Of a stretch of DNA of 64,000 nucleotides, positions 18,701 to 26,314 are shown piece after piece; positions within the stretch are counted from its first letter, which is position 1, and each line of letters begins with the position of its first letter. Made by a program: the position numbers and the translations under genes. Where the stretch lies: contig CAZJMY010000792.1 in assembly GCA_964546845.1 (NCBI GenBank), positions 83,092 to 147,091 of the forward strand. Reading direction: 5' to 3'. The stretch comes from an uncultured Myxococcales bacterium (GTDB taxonomy: Bacteria > Myxococcota_A > Polyangia > Fen-1088). The notes beneath the pieces are model-generated. The model saw only the letters and a list, made by a program, of their open reading frames with translations. It had not been told where the DNA came from and searched no databases.

Positions 18701-21254
18701 CGCTCTCATCAGTGAGGTTCACGATGCAAGCGATTGGGTGTTCACGGTCGATCGCAACATGGGCATCGAGTTCTTCGATCACGGTGGCAAGAGGGACCGT
18801 CCCGACTACCTGATCGACTACACGCCGGCGACGGTTCCAGAGCATGGGCACCGGCTCGTCATCAGTTCGCGCTCCCTCTCCGAGCTGGAAGCGATCCTGC
18901 GCCCCGTGCTGAAGCAATACAGCCTGGATGCTGAAGGCCGACATGCGGTCGTCATCCTGGAGCAGCTGAGATCGCTTTCGGGGCGCTTGGCGTTGAAGTT
19001 GATCTCGTCGCCGACAGCGCGCGCCGAGGCGCTCGGGATGGCGCTCGCTCGGTTGTTCCTCAACGTCCAGGGAGCCCTGCGAAACCAGATCATCGTCCCG
19101 CTCGACGCACACCTGGATTTGTTCCACGCGGCGAAGAAGCACGCTGAGGCGATTGGCGACGAAGTCACCCTGCGCAGAACGGATCTCGCGCTCTTCGATC
19201 TCGACCTCGCGCGACGTACGATCACCTGCAACCTGGTCGAGGTGAAGTGCTACGCGCGGGACCTTGGGCTGAGCGGTTACAGCCAGGTGAAGGAGGGCAT
19301 CACCGAGCAGCTCAACCAGAGCGAGCGAATTCTGCAGCAGCACTTCGACCCGCACAGGACTACTCCGGACAGGCCGGACCGGCTCCTGAAGACGCGAGAG
19401 CTGGCGACGCTCCTCGACTTCTATCTGGAGCGCAGCATTCGATACGGGCTCATGATCGAGACGGCCGCCGAGGAGGCGCGCACCTTCCTCGACGTGCTCG
19501 AGCAGGGCTACACCCTCCGCTTCACGCGCAGCGGCCTCGTGTTCGACTTCGACAAGCCCGGCACAGAGCCTCCGGAGCGCGAGGTGGGCATCGAGTTCCA
19601 CCGGATTGGCAGTGACCTTATCCGTGCGCTGGTCGAGCAGGCGGCGCCGAAGGCGCCACCATCCCCATCCACCGAGGGCGGCGGCGAAGGCGGTGCGGGG
19701 CCAACTCCGCCAGCGGGCGCACCCCCGAGCGCTCCGCCGATCCCACGTCTTGGAGCAGCCGCCTTCCTCGTTGAGGAAAGGAAGCGCGACACCACGGTTG
19801 ACCACGGACACGACGAGGAGGCCAGCTCACCCGAGGACGGTGTGGCAGCGAAGCCGCCCACGCCGGCGTCGGCGACACTCCCACCGGCCCAAGCTTCTCC
19901 AACACCCAGCAGGCCTGAACAATCGACGTCGCCTCCGCAGCCGGCGTCTTCGCGGACCAGCCCGAAGCAGCGCGGAGGCGAGGCAGCTCCCGCTGCAGCG
20001 AAGCCCGAAACGAAGAAGGGCAACGGGGCTCACGCGGAACCGGCGTACGACATCGTCCTGGGTGTGGCCCAGCCGTCGCCGCAGTTCGGCCTGCTAGGCG
20101 AAGCTGCTGGCCGCAAGGTCGCGCTGGACTTGAACCAGACGCACACCATCAGCCTGTTCGGCGTCCAGGGGGGAGGTAAGAGCTACACGCTGGGCAGTAT
20201 CATCGAGATGGCGTGCATGCCCATCGCAGGCGTGAACGTGCTGCCTCGGCCGCTCGCTGCGGTCATCTTCCACTACAGCTCGACGCTCGACTACAAACCC
20301 GAGTTCACCTCGATGGTGGCGCCGAACACTGACGACGCGCAGATCCGCCTGCTGCACGACCGGTTCGGGGCGCAGCCGCAGGGGCTCAAGGACGTTGTGA
20401 TCCTCGCGCCGGCCGCCAAGGTCGCCGAGCGCTCGGCCGAGTATCCGGACATGAAGGTCCTGCCCATCGCCTTCAAGTCGTCAGAGCTGAAGGCCGCACA
20501 CTGGAAGTTCCTCATGGGCGCTGTCGGAAGCCAGAGCATGTACATACGGCAGGTCGGCCTGATCATGAAGAAGCTCCGGGACGAGCTGACTCTCGCGGGG
20601 CTCCGGAAAGGCATCGAGGACTCGGCGCTGTCGGACCATCTGAAGGAACTCGCGCTGCTACGTCTTCGATTCGCCGAGGAATACGTCGACGACCAGCGCG
20701 ACCTCACCAGCGTCCTGCGGCCAGGGCGCCTCGTCATTGTCGACCTCCGCGATGAGCTTGTGGAGAAGGACGAGGCCCTCGGCCTGTTCGTCGTCCTCCT
20801 GCAGATGTTCGCCGAGACGACCTACCAGGGGCGCCAGTTCAACAAGCTCGTGGTCTTCGACGAGGCCCACAAGTACATAGACAGCCCCGATCTCGTTGCC
20901 GGGCTCGTCGAGGTCGTTCGGGAGATGCGCCACAAGGGCACGAGCATCCTCGTCGCGTCTCAGGATCCTCCCTCGGTACCGGCGTCGCTGATCGAGCTTT
21001 CGAGCCAGATCATCCTTCACAAGTTCAATTCACCGAACTGGCTGAAGCACATCCAGAAGGCAAACGCCGCGCTCGATGGGCTGACACCCTCGAAGCTGGC
21101 GGCGCTCGGGCCCGGCGAAGCCTACGTCTGGAGCAGCAAGTCGACCGACGAGGCTTTCACGCGCGACGCGATCAAGGTGCGCTGCCGCCCACGAGTAACC
21201 CAACACGGAGGCGCTACGAAGACGGCTGTCCGATCTGAAGGAAAGCAGGAATGA
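15780..21254 (+). CDS. Giant protein (1824 aa): large N-terminal region, central D...EVK (PD-(D/E)xK-like) motif, Pro/Ala/Ser-rich linker, C-terminal HerA/FtsK-type (DUF87-like) P-loop ATPase
   Basis: Walker A 'LFGVQGGGKSYTLG' is encoded at about 20160-20190. Walker B 'KLVVFDEAHKYI' is at about 20850-20880, followed by 'TSILVASQDPPSVP'. A low-complexity linker spans about 19640-20040. 'RTDLALFDLD...NLVEVKCY' is encoded around 19170-19250. Confidence 0.85.
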   Translation: MSTGFRALPGADVTRAVEELLLPRLAGALREKAAGHCMRVTDLDRDLMVALAKGLRKEAPGASVYVLADGAAGGDDLCVSSTKLVELRNPQADGSLRSPLCVFLPANVRTSAEDSFGRATFEEFPVGDSYQALCRRLLERVPATLQGYVRDVLQYLANQAWRWANAIGQVRYLLCALANGNDGEAFGGALYELGLVPDFKLFDDPTTSYGRIRKNLECVRMLTDSDQSIRSRVLELGLINKGLRRRLAEYLVEAGVEDPSAWTREVVLNKTNWDLSFDKWEFASEIAPDKISFLRVETDLPVVAENEKSERLIDLVGQQVLAPKERRQFNVTVEVKPHPGQVQGLEHFTVQIMSRDSGPVGVARKVKVWKAPRATCTVSFTKLNKIEFEEGWHFVRVLPWTAEGDPIPIEEPTEQAAKRSNESEPFYVLPDADLEEEPPQRAIPKADSVEHARIDRQFTAVLQRRDALAVRPESIGWSQRTTQGRLAAQETIEAKFGKEGAFQIAVARWMKHIEQRILSNPERPVSWRMQIHLGQPEFPTGDIAEWPASTAVRSFLDARATYFARVLQGTKELVSQGLDFLSAAPEIVAYAGAYVDLVKDFSAKVEREAGADQLKAIIALRTALAVDSVRLVVEDYRGHVREAALLGPTHPLRALQQLGWAQLGAAWVRTTAKGPEEHVSPARDALLRGISSANFPPMLPTSDGRVFLAVDNIHPFWVLYAPATEEDPRGLLGDICAALGLPEPSIGGAVITGDVLASRVERYLVQHPYVRTLTVNAFNPGRATVLAGALTSLQRQEAFKDLRYDLRLFVPDPDAPGVGEAITSLLAGEGTAAGEAFSIPSRSHVFPKLNVAVRSTKDFRADPMRYRAHLSFLFEVFPPEEVAAGRPFRPERTVPLHGLVQDFAVRFRDDDTGTGWERQPRHGAPLAIEAGEDTSALLGALPTLISAATATVARATPDFASRPIIRLELDADERALISEVHDASDWVFTVDRNMGIEFFDHGGKRDRPDYLIDYTPATVPEHGHRLVISSRSLSELEAILRPVLKQYSLDAEGRHAVVILEQLRSLSGRLALKLISSPTARAEALGMALARLFLNVQGALRNQIIVPLDAHLDLFHAAKKHAEAIGDEVTLRRTDLALFDLDLARRTITCNLVEVKCYARDLGLSGYSQVKEGITEQLNQSERILQQHFDPHRTTPDRPDRLLKTRELATLLDFYLERSIRYGLMIETAAEEARTFLDVLEQGYTLRFTRSGLVFDFDKPGTEPPEREVGIEFHRIGSDLIRALVEQAAPKAPPSPSTEGGGEGGAGPTPPAGAPPSAPPIPRLGAAAFLVEERKRDTTVDHGHDEEASSPEDGVAAKPPTPASATLPPAQASPTPSRPEQSTSPPQPASSRTSPKQRGGEAAPAAAKPETKKGNGAHAEPAYDIVLGVAQPSPQFGLLGEAAGRKVALDLNQTHTISLFGVQGGGKSYTLGSIIEMACMPIAGVNVLPRPLAAVIFHYSSTLDYKPEFTSMVAPNTDDAQIRLLHDRFGAQPQGLKDVVILAPAAKVAERSAEYPDMKVLPIAFKSSELKAAHWKFLMGAVGSQSMYIRQVGLIMKKLRDELTLAGLRKGIEDSALSDHLKELALLRLRFAEEYVDDQRDLTSVLRPGRLVIVDLRDELVEKDEALGLFVVLLQMFAETTYQGRQFNKLVVFDEAHKYIDSPDLVAGLVEVVREMRHKGTSILVASQDPPSVPASLIELSSQIILHKFNSPNWLKHIQKANAALDGLTPSKLAALGPGEAYVWSSKSTDEAFTRDAIKVRCRPRVTQHGGATKTAVRSEGKQE

Positions 21255-21409
21255 CGCCCGCGCTGACGGCGTAGTGAATTCGTAGTGAGGGATTCGTGCT
21301 CTGGGGTGGTCTCGCGGGATCCTTGTCATCGATTTCGACTTGCCATCGCGGCCCATCTCGCGTACTTACGAAACAAGGCACCACGACGGATAACACTTCC
21401 AAAGGCCTG

Positions 21410-22681
21410 TCACGCCGGAGGCCGCGGGTTCAAGTCCCGTCCACCCCGCAACTTAACGATCGGAATCGACTTAGAATTTTCAGCAGTGTAAGTGGAGTGT
21501 AAGTGCGGCTCGCGTGAATTCGCGTACTTAGCGAGCGCGATGACCTCCGCTTCCGCCGGCCGGAGATCGATCTGCAGGCGCGCCACCTCCTCGCAGAGCG
21601 TGTGCCAGGGGAGCGTCGTGTAGAGATCGATCATGTCCCCCTCGGGCCCGTGGGTGATCCAACGGAGGATGTCCTTCCGGCCGCCGTCTGCGAGGGCCAA
21701 CGAGATGAAGGTGCGGCGCGCATCGTGCTGGCGGCGCGGCCGGAGGCCGATCCGCTCCAGGTCCTGGTGGAACTTCTTGAGCATGTGGTTGACGCTGCGG
21801 TTCCGTCCGAGGCGGGACGGAACTATCAGATCGTCGGGACCGGGCGCGCGGCCGATGAGCTGTTCCCAACCCGAGCGTCTCCATTCGGCGAGCCGCTCGG
21901 CCAAAGCTGGATGGACAGGCACCCAGCGGGGCTCGTCGGTCTTGACCGACTTCTCCTTCTTTCGCTTCGTGCTGTAGCTGTGGGCGACGACGAGCCGGCC
22001 GAGCGGTTTGAGCGCGGGGTCGTAATGGCGCCAGCGCAGGGCAGCCGACTCCCCGAAGCGTAGGCCGGCCAGGAATAGGAGCGCGTAGCAGGTCCGCCGG
22101 TCGTCGGGGATCTTGGCCGTGGTGAGGGTCGCGACGAGCTCGTCCCTGGTGAACACGGCCGTCGCGCGCCATTCGGGATCTCGGTCGATCTTGGCGGGGA
22201 GATCCTCCGTGTCGATCGAGCAGGGGTTGACGTCGATGAGGCGTGGGACCGCCTTCTTGAACATCGCGTGCATCGTGAAGTAGATGTGCCGGACGGTTCT
22301 CGGCGCGAGCGCGCGCTTGCCCACCGCCGCCAGCACGGAGGCGACGTGCTCGGGCGTCACCTCTTCGATGCGCACGTCGCCGATGACCGGCAGCACGTAC
22401 CGGGCGAGCTGTGCCTCGTAGTCGTCGGCGGTGACGATCCCCTTGACCCTGCGCGAATCGATCCAACGCTTGGCCCACAGGCGCACCGTGACGGGGCCGC
22501 CGGCCTGACCGGCGACCTCGGCGCGGGAGATCAGGGTTTTTTTGACGTGGAGGCGAACTCGCTCGGCCTTGGCTTCCTCGTGGATCCGGCAGCCGGTCGA
22601 CTTCTGCCTGGAGGTGCCGTCGGCGTCGACGTAACCCACCCACCAGATCTGCTTGCGAATGTACTTGTACGGTTCTCTCAT
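21410..22681 (-). CDS. Tyrosine recombinase / phage-type integrase
   Basis: Catalytic-residue contexts: 'FLAGLRFGESAALRW' (Arg), 'HDARRTFISLAL' (His-x-x-Arg), 'LRWITHG' (His), 'MIDLYTT' (Tyr). The last 12 sense codons are encoded by att repeat A. Confidence 0.9.
   Translation of the reverse strand: MREPYKYIRKQIWWVGYVDADGTSRQKSTGCRIHEEAKAERVRLHVKKTLISRAEVAGQAGGPVTVRLWAKRWIDSRRVKGIVTADDYEAQLARYVLPVIGDVRIEEVTPEHVASVLAAVGKRALAPRTVRHIYFTMHAMFKKAVPRLIDVNPCSIDTEDLPAKIDRDPEWRATAVFTRDELVATLTTAKIPDDRRTCYALLFLAGLRFGESAALRWRHYDPALKPLGRLVVAHSYSTKRKKEKSVKTDEPRWVPVHPALAERLAEWRRSGWEQLIGRAPGPDDLIVPSRLGRNRSVNHMLKKFHQDLERIGLRPRRQHDARRTFISLALADGGRKDILRWITHGPEGDMIDLYTTLPWHTLCEEVARLQIDLRPAEAEVIALAKYANSREPHLHSTYTAENSKSIPIVKLRGGRDLNPRPPA
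21415..21450 (+). repeat. att-type direct repeat, copy A: 3' end of a tRNA/tmRNA-like gene (T-arm + acceptor strand), no complete tRNA body upstream
   Basis: The sequence is CCGGAGGCCGCGGGTTCAAGTCCCGTCCACCCCGCA. GCGGG/TTCAAGT/CCCGT folds as a T-arm, and CCACCCC-G is the acceptor 3' strand plus discriminator. 33/36 identical to 42100-42135. It sits directly next to the integrase gene. Confidence 0.75.
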
Positions 22682-23124
22682 CGATCCCCCCGTGGGCCGT
22701 GCTCGCCATCCACGATCCGGCGCGCGATGTCGGCTTCCGTTTCGCCTGCGGAGCCGTCGGCCTTAGCGGCGGACGGGAGGTCGGCCATGAGCTGCTCGAG
22801 CTCCGCCCGTTTCACGCGCTCACCTCGCAGACCGTAGGCTCGGAGCTTGCCCGCGCGGATCCATCTGGTGATCGTTTTGGCGCTGTACCCGGCCAGCTTT
22901 GCGGCGCTCTCGCGGGACAGATATTCCGGCTGCTCCGTGGAAGGAGAGTTGGCTGGAGGAGGCGCCTTGGAGATCCACTCACGGAGCTTCTCTTCGAGTA
23001 TCGTCCGCAGCCGATCGTCCAACCACGATGCCATGCATCTCTCGACGATTGCGAACGGATTCTGACCGTCGGGAACCAGCCGCAGGCGGGCCGGTTGCGA
23101 GGGGTTGTGGTCGCGACCCTTCAC
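22678..23124 (-). CDS. Excisionase-type HTH DNA-binding protein (putative Xis/regulator of the island)
   Basis: 'LSRESAAKLAGYSAKTITRWIRAGKLRAYGLRGERVKRAELEQLM' is an HTH_17-like motif. The stop overlaps the integrase start (ATGA). The true start is uncertain. Confidence 0.65.
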   Translation of the reverse strand: MKGRDHNPSQPARLRLVPDGQNPFAIVERCMASWLDDRLRTILEEKLREWISKAPPPANSPSTEQPEYLSRESAAKLAGYSAKTITRWIRAGKLRAYGLRGERVKRAELEQLMADLPSAAKADGSAGETEADIARRIVDGEHGPRGDR

Positions 23125-23726
23125 GTTGGGCCCCTCCGAAGCGAACCAGGCTCAAGTGCTGGCGCCTGCATGTCCGTCCACTTCGCTGATACCGCCACAT
23201 CGACGACCTCCGGCGCGCGCACTTGGATCGTCATCGCCCCCCAACCTCTAGGGGCGGCGATAAGGACGCCGGTGTGACACCAGATTCTCATGGCCTCAGT
23301 CATCCAACGCGAGGTAGGCGACCGCCGCCGACAAGAAATCGACCAGAATTCGTACACGTCGAGGCGATGCGGGATTTGCCGCCCAAGCACGGACATGCAG
23401 TGCGCGATGTCTTCATCGAGTCTTCCTTTTAAAGGCCCCTCCAACGCCTCGGCGTGACAGGGCGGGCAAACAGGTGACGATACTTTCGGCCGTGGCTTCG
23501 GCATCTCGTCCCTTGGCTCCTCAAACGCCACCTCGGGTCCTGGCGGGACATGCCCATGAGAGAGAAGAGCGCCGTCGGCATGTCTTTTGTGACGCGGACG
23601 GGCCAAGGGCCCGAGTTGGGCGGTTCGGACCCTGTTTTCGCCCCTGTGGGCGACCCTGCCTTTTCGGCCGTTCTTGACCTGTTGAAACGTGGAGCTACTG
23701 TCCCGTCACCGACGGAGGAACTGCCC

Positions 23727-24236
23727 ATGGCGAACCCTGTTTCGGAAGGCGGGCCTGCACAGAAACAGCCCCCCAAGACCGACCTGCGCGGCAAGTTGAC
23801 CCGCGCTCAAGCTGCGGTACGTCTGAACGTCAGCGTTTCCAAGGTTCGGACCATGGAGGGCACCATCCTCCATCCCGAGGTCATCGGCGGCGTCCACTAC
23901 TTCGCGAAGGCGGACCTCGACGACGTCGCGCGCTCCCTTCCGATGGGCACCCGCGCTGGCGCCCGCCTCGACGACGGCCAGATCGCCGCGCGAGTATTCC
24001 GCCTGATCGACGGCGGCAAGGAGCTGCGCGAGATCGTCGAGGAGCTGGAAGTCCCACCCCAGCTGGTCCGGACCCTCTACCACGAGTGGAAGACCGACTT
24101 CGAGGACGGCGAGCAAGAACGCCGGCAGGCCGCCGAGGAGGCCGCTGAACAGCGCCAGGTGCGCCAGTTCGAACGCGACGCCGAGCGACAGTCGCGCGAC
24201 CTCGACCGAATGATGCGCGCCGCCCAGGTGAAGTGA
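23727..24236 (+). CDS. HTH DNA-binding protein (169 aa), paralogue A
   Basis: Start set at the ATG at 23727, preceded by GGAGGAA. 'LTRAQAAVRLNVSVSKVRTMEGTILHPEVIGGVHYFAKADLDDV' is HTH-like. It is followed by a 'GKELREIVEELEVPPQLVRTLYHEWK' module and a charged tail. Confidence 0.6.
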   Translation: MANPVSEGGPAQKQPPKTDLRGKLTRAQAAVRLNVSVSKVRTMEGTILHPEVIGGVHYFAKADLDDVARSLPMGTRAGARLDDGQIAARVFRLIDGGKELREIVEELEVPPQLVRTLYHEWKTDFEDGEQERRQAAEEAAEQRQVRQFERDAERQSRDLDRMMRAAQVK

Positions 24237-24334
24237 CTGGCTGCCAGGGATGCGGCGGAGGCGTAGTTGGCGGAGATGGCGCGCGATCCCGTTGCCGTTC
24301 TGGACTTCAACGACCGGGGAGCCATCGTCGTCCC

Positions 24335-24715
24335 ATGCCAAACACCAAACCCTCTGACGGCACCCAGATCCCACCGTCCGGCCTGACGCGATCGCAAGTC
24401 GCCCACCATCTCGGCGTTGGGGTCACCGCCGTCCACCGGTTGCGGGTCAACGGCGAGCTACACCCTCAGCGCGACGACGCCGGCGTCTGGCGCTATGACC
24501 CAGCTGACGTCATCCGCGCTGCAGCCAAGCGCGGCGTGAAAGGGCCGCGCACGGAAGGGGAAACCGCCGCGCTGGCGTTCGAAATGTTCGAGCTCGGCGG
24601 CGGGCTACGCGAGGTCGTGATGGCACTGCATCTGACGCCCGCGGCGGTGCGAAGCCTCTACGCGGACTACAAGACCTCGCTCTACGAAGCGTCGCCGAGA
24701 GAGAGGCCGCACTAA
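24335..24715 (+). CDS. HTH DNA-binding protein (126 aa), paralogue B
   Basis: It has the same two-module layout as 23727-24236: 'LTRSQVAHHLGVGVTAVHRLRVNGELHP...WRYDPADV', then 'GGGLREVVMALHLTPAAVRSLYADYK'. The start is inferred at the ATG at 24335. Confidence 0.55.
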   Translation: MPNTKPSDGTQIPPSGLTRSQVAHHLGVGVTAVHRLRVNGELHPQRDDAGVWRYDPADVIRAAAKRGVKGPRTEGETAALAFEMFELGGGLREVVMALHLTPAAVRSLYADYKTSLYEASPRERPH

Positions 24716-25636
24716 TTAGTGCAGCCGGGTTCTGGAGATCTGAAGGCTGCCCTTCTCGTCGAGGAAGACCCAAAAGCGACGCTGAACATCCTCGGCGACC
24801 AGGACGGCGTCCACCCCACAGAGCCGCAGCGAGATCGGGCGGGTGATGAACACTCCGAACTGCGCTGTCTCGGTCACGATTCGGTCGAGGGCCTCTTCAC
24901 AACAGAGCTGAAACCCTCGAACCCGCGTCATCACACGGTCGACCAAGCGCCCGACTCTCGTGCTCACTCCGCTGAATGTCTTGCCGAGCCCGGGCGGAAA
25001 GTAGATGGTGCCGTCGTTGGCCTGGATTAGCGTCGTGAAGCCCGCCCTTCTGAAGCGGGCGGCCCTCTCCGCAGTCAGGCTCATCGAACCAGGAACAACG
25101 TTGGGCACTCGTTCTGCGGCGAGGAGCTCCGGCCAATTGCGGTGTACGGTTTCAAAGAGCCCTGGATCATCAAAACTTGTGTGATCGCCGATGTCGACAA
25201 GGTACAGAGCGTCGATCGTTACCGTCACGAAGAGAAGCTCACTGCTGCCTTTCGAAAACCTCTGCCCGGGCTGCCGCCCACCGAGGTGAAAATGGGTGAT
25301 CGCCAGGTCGTTGAACTGTGTGTCAGGCTCTGCGCGGCCGACACCCCTCCCAAGGTAGTGACTCAGGTCCTGCCCACCTTCGGACTCCGTGACGATCTGC
25401 TTGACCGCCTCGATCCTCGCATCGTCCGGACGTGACATGAGATTGTCGGACCAGAGTGTCCGTCGTCTCCGGGGTGTTACGAGACGGTGCTCGACCGTCA
25501 GTAGTTTTGTCAGGGCGCTCGGCTCATGAGCGCCACGGAGCTTTCTCGATCTAGGCCTTCCGATAGAGCGCTTCCGAAGCTCCCTCTCGGCGAGATTCTC
25601 CAGGTCCTCCAGAAAGTCCGCTCGCAGTTCCTTCAC
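24716..25636 (-). CDS. Hypothetical protein (306 aa)
   Basis: A long ORF with ordinary amino-acid composition and no recognised motif. It lies 60 nt downstream of the previous minus-strand gene. Confidence 0.5.
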   Translation of the reverse strand: MKELRADFLEDLENLAERELRKRSIGRPRSRKLRGAHEPSALTKLLTVEHRLVTPRRRRTLWSDNLMSRPDDARIEAVKQIVTESEGGQDLSHYLGRGVGRAEPDTQFNDLAITHFHLGGRQPGQRFSKGSSELLFVTVTIDALYLVDIGDHTSFDDPGLFETVHRNWPELLAAERVPNVVPGSMSLTAERAARFRRAGFTTLIQANDGTIYFPPGLGKTFSGVSTRVGRLVDRVMTRVRGFQLCCEEALDRIVTETAQFGVFITRPISLRLCGVDAVLVAEDVQRRFWVFLDEKGSLQISRTRLH

Positions 25637-25696
25637 AGCTACCCTTCTCCGTTGTGCAATCCTATCAACCCGGTCCCGGCCTGGCGCCTCGCCTGC

Positions 25697-26260
25697 TTAC
25701 AGAGGACGCATGTCGAAGTTCGGAAAGATTTGGGTGATTGCGCCGGTCTGCGCGAGCCGATCTAGCCGCCCTGCGAGGGTCGAGTTCGTTCTCGCGTGTG
25801 CCAGCCAGGACTCGACTGCAGCACAGATCCATTCGCAGAATTCGGCGACGCCGATGCCGTAGCCGGTTGTCCGCTCTGAGCCGCCCTTCGTCATCGTGCG
25901 CGCCGGGACAACGGGAACGTCCGCGCCGTAAAACGTCACCCGGTTCAGCACTTCGAACATGGCAGATGAATCATCTGTCGCTTGCGGCACATCTGGGTTC
26001 GTCATGAAGTCGCCCTCGTGCAAGAAAGCGCACCTCAGCGCGAACAAGTCATGGCCTGATACGAAGACCTTTCCCTCCGGGTTGCTGAAGTAGGAACTTG
26101 TCCAGCGATCCGCCCAGCGGACGTAACGCCCCGCTGACTGCCCACGCCCAGGCTGCTCGACGGCACCGCAGGCATCGGGCAGCACCAACGCCAACGCTGT
26201 CGCGGCATACCAACTCTTCTTCTGAACGGCGTCCCGCACTCCTCGAATCAGATGTTCCAT
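25697..26260 (-). CDS. Small HEPN-like protein (187 aa) with Rx4H motif
   Basis: An N-terminal helix 'WYAATALALVLPDACGAVE' is followed by 'DLFALRCAFLHEGDF' (R-x4-H followed by E/G), a layout seen in minimal HEPN domains. The assignment rests on the motif only. Confidence 0.5.
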   Translation of the reverse strand: MEHLIRGVRDAVQKKSWYAATALALVLPDACGAVEQPGRGQSAGRYVRWADRWTSSYFSNPEGKVFVSGHDLFALRCAFLHEGDFMTNPDVPQATDDSSAMFEVLNRVTFYGADVPVVPARTMTKGGSERTTGYGIGVAEFCEWICAAVESWLAHARTNSTLAGRLDRLAQTGAITQIFPNFDMRPL

Positions 26261-26314
26261 CGCACGACCTCCTGCTGCCTATTGTCTGTGTGTCGCTGCC
26301 CTCGACGGTGCGCA

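Noticed and set aside
18660-19811. 383-aa minus-strand ORF, and other ORFs inside 15780-21254 (for example 19508-20023 and 20291-20737)
   Set aside because: They are antisense or out of frame within the 1824-aa gene, whose C-terminal ATPase motifs fix the true frame.
21303-21450. Complete tRNA or tmRNA gene ending at att repeat A
   Set aside because: Only the T-arm and the acceptor 3' strand are present. No D-arm or anticodon arm can be folded. The complementary GGGGTGG lies 146 nt upstream, a spacing that fits neither RNA class. It is reported only as a curiosity.
23121-23606. 161-aa minus-strand ORF upstream of the Xis-like gene
   Set aside because: It has no recognisable motif and an odd Pro/Arg/Cys/His-rich composition. 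The GTGA overlap with the next ORF depends on an arbitrary GTG start. I cannot support it as a gene.
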